Shown here piece by piece: positions 44,340 to 56,250 of a DNA stretch of 64,000 nt. The stretch's first letter is position 1. Each line of letters starts with the position of its first letter. Where the stretch lies: positions 15,890,871 through 15,954,870 of the forward strand of contig NC_092676.1 of NCBI RefSeq assembly GCF_964355755.1, in the 5' to 3' direction. This stretch comes from Antedon mediterranea (taxonomy: Eukaryota > Animalia > Echinodermata). The notes below the pieces were generated by a model that saw nothing but the letters and a program-made list of their open reading frames with translations, searched no databases and had not been told where the DNA came from. Position numbers and translations under genes: made by a program.

Positions 44340-45141
44340 GAGTCTGTTTCTGCTGAAAAAAAAAAAATAATCGATTTTTCCTAAGTACCACAAACCACAT
44401 AATCGGTTATCTGGTAACCGCTTTTTAAAAATCACGTCATCCATACCCACCATGCAGTTCAAGTTATAGAAGGCCGATGAGAGTTGGTTTGTTAACATCC
44501 TTTCGCTGCCTAAAACTCTCACATGTAGGATTAAAAATTAAAAATTGAACTCTTACGTAAAGCTATATTATTTGTAAAATAAACATCTACCGTACCACAT
44601 ACAACAGAATAATGATGTATTAATAATGGCATGTCAGCGAGAAAGTTCTTTTCGTCGTTGGTTCTACTCTGCTTAGCCTAGCCCAGTAGCTGGGCTATAA
44701 TTTCTACCGAAAACAACAGGCCTAAAAAGGGACATGCAAAACATCGTTAGCCTGGACTGGGAGGGATGTAACGGTGTACTTGTAATGCAGAATCCTGGAG
44801 TCTCTCGGTATAATTTGCCCCCACAAAATAATAACAATCAAATGTTATTTAATTGCTCCACATCTTTGTTTTGCCGATTGTCGTCGATCGCGCAAATAAA
44901 CAGCATGCTCTATGGGTCAAAGTGTGGTCAATAATCGCTATTTGTGTTGCAGCTCAAAACTGCTCCGCAATAATCGGTTAAAACAAGAAATAATCGTATA
45001 AAACATGCAATGGATTGAGTTTTTTAATTGGTTATTTTTAATCGGTTATTTCATTTTTCGCCGTTTCTGCTGCCCAAAAATAATCGATTAAAAAAACAAT
45101 CGGTTAATAATCGATTATTTCTGCTCAGCAGAAACAGGCCC
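44340..45141. mobile_element. MITE with g(a/g)g(t/c)ctgtttctgctg TIRs (Harbinger-like)
   Basis: TIRs plus subterminal aatcgatt repeats, ATA on both flanks; related fragments at ~8750-8940 and ~33975. Confidence 0.7.
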
Positions 45142-48100
45142 ATAGAGTATTCTTACATTATTTGTTGATTCATAATATTATATGGTTATTTTTATTATTT
45201 TAAATATGCAAATGAGTTTATCTCATAAAAAAATAAGGAACAAACCAGCTTTAGAGGTTTAGCTAAGAAGACAGCATATCAGTAATATTGTAAATATCTC
45301 GTATTGTTGAAATCTCGTAATGCTTACAATACATCTGGATATTTAACCATTATTTTTAATTGATTTACAAATATATAATGATATTTTATGTGTCTACACA
45401 ATTCATTGTTATAAATTAATATTTAGTTACCATTCAAACTAATAACTACTGGACTAGAACCAGCAATAAAATGAACATTTGATATTTGTTTGACTGAAAT
45501 ACATATAATGAAATATGCAAGTTTATGACAATTAAAACAAAAATAAATGTTTATTGTTTAATTTGATTTTTAATGTTTCCAGTCATGTCACCTAATATTT
45601 GTTTAATTTTTGTTGACAGTAGTAAAATGGAACACAACATTTATGCCTACAACAATTTACTGCAATCGGTTGAATTTCATGCAAATTGGAATCTTGAAAA
45701 TACATCTAAATCATTTAAATCAGTCAAACAATCAATTGCAGAGCACAGAGAAGACAGAGGATCATTCACCATTGAGATTCTTCTATTTGAAAGTTACTTA
45801 CATGTATCAAAGTTTAAAGGAAATATGATAAATATAGAAGAAGCTAAGAAAAAAAATGAAGAAGCTCTTGAGGAGATATCAAACTTACCTGATGGACCAA
45901 TCAAAGATGGTTATAAATCGATATACTGGGCATTCAAATATAAGTTTGCAACCGATTTTAAGCAGAAGAAAGAAAGTTACGAGAAACTCAAGGCACTTCT
46001 TACACAATATCAAAGTGACAAAAAAACAGAATTTGATGCGAGTGTTTGTACAACCAAAGGGTTTGCACTTTCAATGTTATCAACATCAAGGTGCAAAGAA
46101 AGTGAAGACGAGCTGAAACATGCAATTGAAATATGTCCACACAATGTTGAGTGGATGTTTCTGATTGGACACATAAAATGGCGAAGACGAACAAAAAATT
46201 TAACAAAGTACGAATGTTTTGGATTGAATGATGTTAAATCAATCATGGATGAAGTTTTGAAACTAGACGCTGATCATGCCTATGCAAAGGTGATCTTAGC
46301 TGATATATACAGAAGAGAATATGAAACAGAGTCTATAAATGCAGCAACCAACCAAGATATCAACCATCAACTTGTGTTTAAAAATGAGGAAGATCCTGCT
46401 GTAGTCAAAATAATGACTTTACTCAAAGAAGCACAAGAACATGCTTCCACACCAAGAGTATTGAGTATTGTTGCTCAATGTTATATCCGGATGGGCAGTT
46501 GTACATGTAGAAGAATAAAAAACAACTGGAAATGTAGGCAGCCCAAATGTGATTCCAGATACTTCAAAGAAGCTCATAATGTTATAGAACATGCTAAAGA
46601 AACTTATGGTGAAGCAGCCTATATCTATGTTAAAGAGGCAGTTCTTTATCGGGAAAAGAATGAAAAAGGGAACAATTAGAATGTCTTGAGAGTGCCATCA
46701 AACTTAAACCATCTGACATTGGAGCCAGATTTCAACAAGTAAATGCCTTACGTTCAATTAGAGAACACAGCGAAATATGTGATATGTATGATAATTTACT
46801 ACTTGAGTTTGATGATGATCCATTTGAAAAGTTTGACATCAACCAGCAGTATGCATATTATTTGATATTAATAAAGCAATACGAAGAGGCAGTTTCAAGA
46901 AAACAAGTCTGTTTAGATATTGCTCTTGAATCATTTGTGAAGACCATTTCTGGGAATGGACCTATTGAATTTATAGAGGAGTACCAAAGCTATGTTGAAA
47001 AACTAAATCAAATATTTACAAAAATATTTTGATATCAAAATTGCAAAGTCAAATGGCCAAGGAAAAGTTGTACCAAACTTTAAAAATGCAAAGTTACATG
47101 AAAAGATAGGCGACGTTGAGAATGCTTTTACATATTATCAGGGAGCTTTAAAAGCATTTCACTCTGAACGCTTACCAAATCCAAATCAAGACCAAAAAAG
47201 AGAACTTCTCTTTAGTTTCGCCAGAGTGAATTTGAAGTTTGGTAGTCTTGATGTTTGCAGTAGCTATTATCAGAGGTGTGGATAAAATGAGAGATCAAGA
47301 CAATGTCCATCAACTTATCATGGACTTATTTCTAGCAAAAGGAGAGAAAGCAGCTAGAGATAGCATTAAAGCAATAAGAATGTTTACATGTACAACAGAA
47401 ATGGGAAGTTTAGAAGGTGCAAAGCGACTATTAAAAGAAACAAACCAGATGAAAGACCTTGATGAAAGCGTGCTTTGACAAGTATTGCATCTGTTGCCAA
47501 TGGAAATTGGTGTAAACAGCTTAATCTGAAAGAGGAACTAGCAGCAATCTTGCCTTCTTGTGATGATGGATCTTTGATAGGGAAAGAATTAAAGACAGAG
47601 ATTGCCAACTTGAAATGGAATTCAGCATTCTAATGGGTGATGATAATTTAGTGGCTAATTTATCGAATGTGCTACTAAAGGCTGTAATATACTCAACCAT
47701 GCTATGGAGTTTTTTGAGAAAAAACATTATCCAAAATCTAAATCTGTGGATTTTATTATTGTTCAGAAATCCAAAAAACCTGTTGACCAAACAATCCAAG
47801 AAATACTGGTAAAAAAAGGATGGAATGATTTTGAAAATAGATTTACACATCTGTTAATGTATCTTTCATCGGTAAGTTTATTTTTGCATTCCACGTTTAG
47901 TTAAGAATAAAAGTTAAAATGCTTTAACTTTTCTCAACTGAAAAAAAAAACATGAGCCAGGTGGTGCATAGAGGTAGATCCAGGTGGGGCTATGGGCGGA
48001 TCCAGGTGGGCACAAGGGCGCATCCAGGTGGGGCATAGGGGCCACAAAAAAAATTAGACTTTACAATCATTCATTTTATTTTTAGATTCAACCTGAAACT

Positions 48101-49478
48101 AATCCTAAGTTTCAATGGATGAAAGACTTTAGACATCTCAACAACAATGACAAACATCGACAACCACTACAAAACTCAAGAAAAACCATCTCAGTTGCAA
48201 GAGATATCTGCCCCTTTCTGATAAAAGGAAGTAATCAACAAAAACATGGTTTTGAGTAATTGACCAAAACATGTTCCTTCAATTCCTGTTAAAACTGCAC
48301 ATGATACTGAATAGCCAATTGTGTAATATAATTGATAAATTTATAAATTAAACTTTAGTAAAAAAAAAAAAGAAAAAAAAAGTGAGATTGCAGAATATTT
48401 TTGATTATTTCTTTTTGTCAGAAAATTGTATTCAATAAATACAAAAAAGGTGAATGTTTGATTTCTGACAAATGGAAGTATGATCCTGTGCTTCCTTTTG
48501 TCAGGAAAAACAATGCCTTTAAATGTGGACTTTGTCTGTATAATAAAAAAACTAAAACCTCATCAACATCATTGGATAAGAAGAAAATGAATCTCATTGG
48601 AAATTTTGATCAGCTACTGTATATTAATTTTATTCAGGCGAAGATTTTTATTTTAGTAATGTTTCTTCTTTGGTATTAAAACACATACACCAATAAAAAT
48701 AATATAAATTTGTTTGTAATTGATTTATTTCGAATTAATTTAAGAAATGATAAACAATATACAACAAATTGTGTTATTATTCATCATTTCAACAAATAAT
48801 TATTAATAGTAATAACTACAAATTCAATTGTTATAAAAGACAATTTCATAAACATGAGTTTTCAAAGTTAATTACATTGCGGTTTTCAATCACTGTTATT
48901 TTATTAAGTTTCTCACAAATTTATTTATTGTAAAACAACAACTTTCAAAAGCGACAACACAACAAATTACTGCCATTATACAGTTTAAAGCGTTAATAGT
49001 AAAACATATGGTATAAATTGAAAGTATTGTTACATTTTTTTTGTTGGATTTGTCATACAGTATTGTTTATCGTTCTCAAATTCATTAAAATGATGTAACA
49101 ATAATTTCGACCTCATATTATAGACAATTTCATAAATATGCGCCTTCAAAAGGTTTCTCACAAATTCATTTAGCATACCACAAAAATGTCCAAACAATTT
49201 TACCAATGACAGCACAAACAAAAACTGCCATTATACAATTTAAAGAGTTTTATAGTATAACATAATATAAGTTGAAAGAATTGTTAAATTGTTAGTTGAA
49301 GCCGATAACAATTTGTCGTATTTGTTTCTCCTTTTTAAATTCATTAATATAATTTTTAATAGCTAGACAGCAATAATTATAAAAGACATTTTTATTAGCA
49401 TGAGCTTTTAATAATCGGGGTAGATTCTAATTTTCCTTTATTTGATTCGTATCGGTCATTCACAGTGCCTAGAAATTG

Positions 49479-52462
49479 TTAGCGTGTGGCCAGCAAATCA
49501 GCAAGATTATCATCGCAGGGTAACCCCTTGTAAAATTTCAATCTGGAAGGGGGCATCAATGGTCCTAACTGAGAAATGATGTGTTGTTTTTTTGTACTGT
49601 TTATTCCACGAGCAGTTGTCTTTGCTGGAAATACTAGTGAACCCTCTTCTATTTTACTGATTAACTTTTTCTTTAAAAATATGGCTGCATTGAACTGTCC
49701 ATGATGGTCTGTTTTATAATGTAAAGATGTTGAACCCTTTCTAAATTCTGCAACACTAACATTTTCTAGGAGTGGCCTAGTTTCCTTTGATTTCCTACTT
49801 TGGCTTAGGCCGCTTTCATAACAAATAAAATCTTCAACTTTCATTTCATAGACTTTGCCAGCATTCTGGACACACATCACAAAATCATTCCAGTCTCCGA
49901 CTTCCTTCATTTCATTCATTTCTTTTTCCACCTGGCGGTGGAAACTGTCAGCAGACATAAATGTGTGCCCTACAGTGAAGTATTTTAGCGCAATTTTGTT
50001 TGGCCCATGAGGTGTATTTACTAAATGAACTAAAGCAGTATATAATGTCCAATTCTTGTTCTGACCAGCACAATTATCCATCCAAATGACAAAGTTAAAG
50101 TGGTTCCTAAAGTTGACATTATCAATGGCTTTCACAAAAGCACTTGTCACATCTTCATCATTCCTGCCTGATAGACCTTCGTGCCATAGGATGCCTAGTG
50201 CTTCTTTTTTATGAACAGAGTGTTTGTTGATTGGGGCAAAAGTTTGATTAATCACAACTAAACGCCTTGTGAAAAGGCATACCTTATAACCAGGCAACCG
50301 TGGAATGAGAATCACTTTCTGCATGTCGGTTGATAAGTATAATGTATTTTTGTCTTCTTGAACTGAACTTTTATCAATTTTGTAAGCTTCCCTTGTTTTA
50401 TCATAATTTTGTTTATGTTTTAACCAAAATGAACACTTCGCACACTGATTATCAGAACATACTTTAATGTCCTCATTGAATTTCTGTTTCTTCTGCCTTC
50501 TTACATCATCATTTTCTTTAGAACTACTTACATGGAGTTTATGTTCCCCACATATCTCACAGTCTTCAGTGCCAAGCTTTGCAAAACTGATATTGAGTGA
50601 AGTAATTGCTCTTGTATACGATACATAGCTTAGACATCTTTGTTCCTGTTTCCTGCATTCCTCCTGATAATCAGCATACATTATATTAATTGTCAATTCA
50701 CTTGGTAAATATAAGCGATTTGGGGCATGTTCACGACGGTAATGAGAGATATGTGGATGAAATGACATTATGTGGTTAACCATGAATTTGTTTTGATCTT
50801 CTGATATTTTGTGCTTAGGATTATGTTTGCCTCTCTTATCTTTGAGAGTTAAACCCATGGCTGATGTTGTTTTTAGTGCAGTAGTTACCACTTTATCACT
50901 TCTATGACCAATAGTGTGCAGAAACATGCATTTACAAACAAACACCTTTTCAGGAGGTACTATACCGGGTAACCAAAAATGTCTGGTTACATTTTTGGTC
51001 TGATGTTTCAATGGCCGTTTTGGTTTAATTTGTTCAATGTGGTTAAAAATCCATGATTTACGTTCATTGTAGGAGAGCTGCCAAAATGCAATGTGAATTT
51101 GTTTCCGATTTTCAAGATCTAATTTTGTATAGCATTTCTTTTGCGAACATTGACAAGGAGGTAATAATGGATGCTTTGAAAGGGCCTCATCCATGTCAGA
51201 CGCAGTATGATCCAAATCTGTACTTCCACCAGCTTCACTATTGACAGATTCATCAGTGTCAATGTTACGAATAGATTCATCTACTTCAATATTTGGAATA
51301 CCAGTTTCGGTATTCAGAATAGATTCATTGCCGTCAACATTTAAAGTATTTGGATCAATTTCAATCAGAATAGATTCAGTGGCTTCAATATTTGACATAA
51401 AATCAAGAATACTTGCATTAATTTCAATATTGAAAATAGATTCATTCGCGCCAATATTCAGAGACTCATCTAATTCGGTATTCGGAATAGATTCACCGAC
51501 TTCAGTATTCGGAATAGATTCACCGACTTCAGTATTCACACTAGATTCACTGACTTCAATATTCACACTAGATTCACTGACTTCAGTATTCGCAACAAAT
51601 TCACTGACTTCAGTATTCGGAATAGATTCACTGACTTCAGTATTCGGAATAGATTCACTGACTTCAGTATTCGCAACAGATTCACTGACTTCAGTATTCG
51701 CAACAGATTCACTGACTTCAGTATTCGGAATAGATTCACTGACTTCAGTATTCGCAACAGATTCACTGACTTCAGTATTCGCAACAGATTCACTGACTTC
51801 AGTATTCACACTAGATTCACTGACTTCAGTATTCACACTAGATTCATTGACTTCAGTATTCGGAATAGATTCACTGACTTCAGTATTCGGAATAGATTCA
51901 TTGACTTCAGTATTCGGAATAGATTCACTGACTTCAGTATTCAGAATAGATTCACTGACTTCAGTATTCGGAATAGATTCATTGACTTCAGTATTCGGAA
52001 TAGATTCACTGACTTCAGTATTCACACTAGATTCACTGACTTCAGTATTCGGAATAGATTCACTGACTTCAATATTCGAAATAGATTCACTGACTTCAGT
52101 ATTCGCAACAGAATCACTGACTTCAGTATTTGGAATAGATTCACTGACTTCAGTATTTGGAATAGATTCACTGACTTCAGTATTCGGAATAGATTCACTG
52201 ACTTCAGTATTTGGAATAGATTCACTGACTTCAGTATTCGGAATAGATTCACTGACTTCAGTATTCGGAATAGATTCACTGACTTCAATATTCGGAATAG
52301 ATTCACTGACTTCAGTATTCGCAACAGAATCACTGACTTCAGTATTTGGAATAGATTCACTGACTTCAGTATTTGGAATAGATTCACTGACTTCAGTATT
52401 TGGAATAGATTCACTGACTTCAGTATTTGGAATAGATTCACTGACTTCAGTATTTGGAATAG
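49479..52462 (-). CDS. Sola1-type DDD transposase, main coding exon
   Basis: Motifs VCKxMFLxT, DKRGKH, SHYRR, LYLPSEL, DCEIC, TDMQK, WHEG..GR, DNCAGQNKN, GHTFMSADS; ttttacag acceptor in phase 1; no stops. Confidence 0.92.
51465..52462 (-). repeat. 27-bp coding tandem repeat (IPNTEVSES)n, about 37 copies, decaying further to ~51240
   Basis: Unit gattcactgacttcagtatt(c/t)ggaata on the + strand, in frame within the transposase. Confidence 0.95.
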
Positions 52463-52550
52463 CTGTAAAATAAAAAAATAAAAGTTGTTTATTTATCATT
52501 AGTCAAGGCAAGTAGTGCTGTAATGCATTCTCATTCTTTCCACACATTAC

Positions 52551-52812
52551 CTTTAATAGGAATATCTTGAAATGGAGTATCTGGTGATTCATAAAGTAAA
52601 TGATCTGAGTCAAATGGAAGTTCTTCACCGTCAACATCAAATGTGACAATCCATTTACTTCCATTTTTTCTTTTTACTGTCCCAAACAAACGTGCATCTC
52701 TCCATTTGTTCCCAAATAAATTGTAAGACCAACGGGAAGTATCAGCAACATTTGGTTGGTCACACCTCCATGCCTCTGTGGACACTCTAGAATTAATTCT
52801 TATCCTCTGCAT
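52551..52812 (-). CDS. transposase first coding exon (87 aa, possible SH3/Tudor-like beta domain)
   Basis: tttcag|aaATG; aaag|gtaatg donor in phase 1 joins the main exon in frame (total ~1081 aa); a candidate upstream non-coding exon donor ag|gtaagt lies near 53148. Confidence 0.8.
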
Positions 52813-53439
52813 TTCTGAAATAATAAAAATAAATCCACTAAATTGTAGGAATATTTAGAGTAATTATAATTACAGTGGCTTTTTTGCTACTAATAATACA
52901 AAAAAGATAGGTTCCTGATTCTAAGCCGCTATAAAAATCACATTTTAAGCTTCTGGAAACACTGTATAAAATGAACGTTTTCCTCAATAATTTTGTATCT
53001 GAAGTTCCTAGGTGTTCATGTAAGGCACTACATAATACACTAATACTATAAGCCTAGCCTAGGCCTACAACTAATATAATAGGCCTAGCAGTATGATAGA
53101 ATATTGCAGTTGCAATGATAAAAAAAATAAAAAGGTAAAGGTACTTACCTATTAATATTTTTGTTTAGAATATTAATATTGTTGAACAAAAAGAGTTCTG
53201 CACATGGAGAAACTAACATGTGCTGATTGCTTGAAAAGTTTTCAGCCTTTTCCCAGAACAATCAAGATTTGATTAATATTAGTGATTATTAAAATATTTA
53301 TCAACAATTGTATGGTTATTCAAAAATATCATGACATGTTTTCAAATTTGAAGGATTTAAAAAACCACCAAAAATAAATACCAATTTGATTTTTTCTGTT
53401 TATAAGAAAAAGTTTTCTTGAACTTTTATATTATACTAT

Positions 53440-54190
53440 CTGACATAATGAAGTAAAATCCATTGCTTCTTTTCAATCCCAATTTAAAATATAGTACACC
53501 ACTCAGAGTTTCTGATAAAAGGAAGTAAAAGGCATTGCTTCCTTTTGTAAGAATTATAAATATAGTACACTACTTACAGTTTCTGATAAAAGGAAGTAAA
53601 ATGCATTGCTTCTTTTTGTAAGAATTATAAATATAGTACACTACTTACAGTTTCTGATAAAAGGAAGTAAAAGGCATTGCTTCTTTTTGTCAGAATTATA
53701 AATATAGTACACTACTTACAGTTTCTGATAAAAGGAAGTAAAATGCATTGCTTCTTTTTGTCAGAATTATAAATATAGTACACTACTTACAGTTTCTGAT
53801 AAAAGGAAGTAAAATGCATTGCTTCTTTTTGTCAGAATTATAAATATAGTACACTACTTACAGTTTCTGATAAAAGGAAGTAAAAGGCATTGCTTCTTTT
53901 TGTAAGAATTATAAATATAGTACACTACTTACAGTTTCTGATAAAAGGAAGTAAAATGCATTGCTTCTTTTTGTCAGAATTATAAATATAGTACACTACT
54001 TACAGTTTCTGATAAAAGGAAGTAAAAGGCATTGCTTCTTTTTGTAAGAATTATAAATATAGTACACTACTTACAGTTTCTGATAAAAGGAAGTAAAAGG
54101 CATTGCTTCTTTTTGTCAGAATAACAATATAGTTACACTGTACTTACCAGTTCTGACATAAGAAGTAAAAGCCATTGATTCTTTTTGTGA
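53440..54190. repeat. 71-bp subterminal tandem array of the Sola1 element, about 10 copies
   Basis: Unit ttctgataaaaggaagtaa-aa(t/g)gca-ttgcttctttttgt(c/a)agaa-ttataaatatagtacactacttacagt contains the TIR core twice in inverted orientation. Confidence 0.95.
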
Positions 54191-55321
54191 TAAAGAAAAT
54201 TACAAGATCATGTAGTTTACTTCTTTTTAAAGATATGTATCTCTGTAACAAATGACTGTTGAACTTTTTTTTTTATCAGAAATATTAGGTCTTGCTTTAA
54301 AAAAAAAAAAATATGAAAAAAAAAAAAAATATTTGAAATTGTGGGTTACTTCCTTCTGTCAGAAAGGGGCAGATATGTGTTCTAACATTGAAGAAATAGT
54401 GGAAGAAATATACAAGTGGTGCTGGATGACTGCTAAGGAATGCTAACTTCCGGTTATAGTTTACAAGGTGAACATTTATGTGATTTTCTGATCAATTTTC
54501 CATTGCAAGGCCTGAATAAGATTACATTAGATCATTATGTTAGAAATCATGTTGGAATTAAATGTGTCTTACCTAGTTTAGTAGTTAGATATAACCGAGA
54601 TTAAAAATGTTTATCTGGTTTTGGATATTCATGAATTTTAAATTCTTTTCGAAAAAACAAAAATTTGCGAAACTAAACCTGCTTGACAGCTCGGACAGCT
54701 TCTTCAGAAGAATGATCGTTATATGATGTTGATAATGATGTTATATAGTAGTAATTATTTTAAATAGGCTTAAAAAAAGATTAGAAATTATTTACAAATC
54801 AGTTAATTTCAAATTCTACTGATTTAATGAGGTTGTTCGTGCAACTGTTGGAAAAACGAGTTGTGCACAGCTTCTTGTCATGGCGCAAAATTAGAGAATG
54901 TTTTTCGATATGCACCTGTATGTTTAAAAGTGTAATATTAAGAAAATTAAGTGTTTACCTTCAAAACATTGAAAAGATGGTTTATTGGAATTTTATTTTC
55001 ATTCTAAAATATTTTAGTGATTAGAGAACTTACTAACATTTAGTGACTTTGAACTTTGAATAGATAATGTTCAATGGTACAGTAGTTACTATTGAGATTT
55101 ACATTACATTTTGTGCAATGCTATACTGACAATATTAATGGTTATTGGTATTAATAAAGCTGTAGATATAAATGCAACTCATATTGTTTATTGCTTATTT
55201 TTATTTTGAATCCATGAAACATCTAAGTACAACTAGAAAGCCACTCCGAGAGTACATACCTCCGCATACTGTAAAATTCTCCTACATAAGATTTCTCCGG
55301 AAATATATATATATATTCTTT

Positions 55322-55779
55322 TTCCAGGAGAACAACCTCAAGCTAACAATTGATGCTAACAAGAAATTAGTCAATTATTTGGATGTAACGTTCGATCTAA
55401 GAGCAGGGATCTTCCGACCTTTTACTAAGCCTAATAACAAACCGACCTACGTGCACCACGATAGCAACCATCCTCCATCTATTATCCGCAACATCCCACT
55501 TGCTATAAATAGATGCCTTTCTGACATTTCATCAGACAAGGATACATTTCATGCATCTGTACCCCTATACCAAGAAGCCCTCAAAGAAAGCGGATATAAC
55601 CATCAACTTGAGTTCAATGCTGAACAGCAGAAGCCCACAAAATCGCGCACCAGAAACATAATTTGGTTTAACTCACCATTCAGCAAAAGTTTTTAGCTAT
55701 AGTAAAAGATTGTTTTCCTGCCGGCAACAAGCTTAGAAAAATATTCAACAGAAATACTTTGAAGCTAAGCTACAGTTGA
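55322..55779 (+). mobile_element. Penelope-like retroelement fragment (RT C-terminus/thumb-linker)
   Basis: VNYLDVTFDL...KPNNKPTYVH..SNHPPSII.NIP...YQEALKESGY...RNIIWFNSPFS, then KLRKIFNRNTLKLSYS in a shifted frame. Confidence 0.85.
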
Positions 55780-55879
55780 AATAGGTTACAGAAATAGGTT
55801 TTTTAAAACTACTCGCATCAAAAAACCTGTACAAGACCTGTTTAAGACTGCTCGCCGGCTTTTGAAAATTTTGTCCTAT

Positions 55880-56015
55880 CACTAGCAGACCACATATCTA
55901 TCTGTATTTTCATTTTGGTAAAGATCTTGCAATAACTTTTTGAGTAATCCTGCTAACAAACAGACAGACAGACACACGCGATTGATTACATATACATCCT
56001 TGGTGGAGGTAAATA
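55880..56015 (+). mobile_element. terminal fragment of a non-autonomous element (HINE/Crypton-type end)
   Basis: gagtaatcctgctaacaaacagacagacagac...tccttggtggaggtaa terminal pattern. Confidence 0.5.
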
Positions 56016-56250
56016 AACATAATAGATTCTGGAAGCCCCAATTCTTTAAACAAAGAATTAGTTTTAATTGTGGCACTGAAGTTAATATTTTCATTTTGTT
56101 CAAATGTTCTGACCATCATTAATGAAGAACACAAGCATTACTGAATTTACTTGTATTTTTGCATGTATATCTTTTTCTTTTTTTCTGATGCTCTAGTTAA
56201 TTATTATACTGTACAAAAATACACTCTTGATGATGGTTCAATTTATTGAA

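Larger units (their letters stand above)
48208..54372 (-). mobile_element. full-length Sola1-type DNA transposon (6165 bp)
   Basis: 27-bp TIR ctgcccctttctga(t/c)a(a/g)aaggaagtaa at both ends; 4-bp TSD ATAT (48204-48207 and 54373-54376), matching the AWWT preference of Sola1; encodes a DDD transposase. Confidence 0.9.
45627..54446 (+). pseudogene. IFIT-like TPR gene copy 1 (pseudogene) with C-terminal HEPN-like domain, interrupted by Sola1
   Basis: Collinear with 59031-60956 but with frameshifts at ~46665, ~47006, ~47262 (8-bp deletion) and ~47460 (4-bp deletion), and further shifts at ~47600 and ~47680; donor tcg|gtaagt at 47871, acceptor ttttag|att at 48086; last exon split by the transposon at 48208-54372 and resuming in frame to the stop at 54446. 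Confidence 0.85.

Noticed and set aside
45573-47904. Several separate small genes, or assembly errors only
   Set aside because: Fragments are collinear with copy 2; 8-bp and 4-bp non-homopolymer deletions plus the transposon insertion indicate a real pseudogene, although the single-base shifts could be sequencing errors
51241-52473. 410-aa plus-strand ORF and overlapping minus-strand ORFs
   Set aside because: Shadows of the 27-bp repeat within the transposase
53440-54190. Palindromic repeat plus spacer array resembling CRISPR
   Set aside because: The spacers are identical and the palindrome is the transposon TIR core
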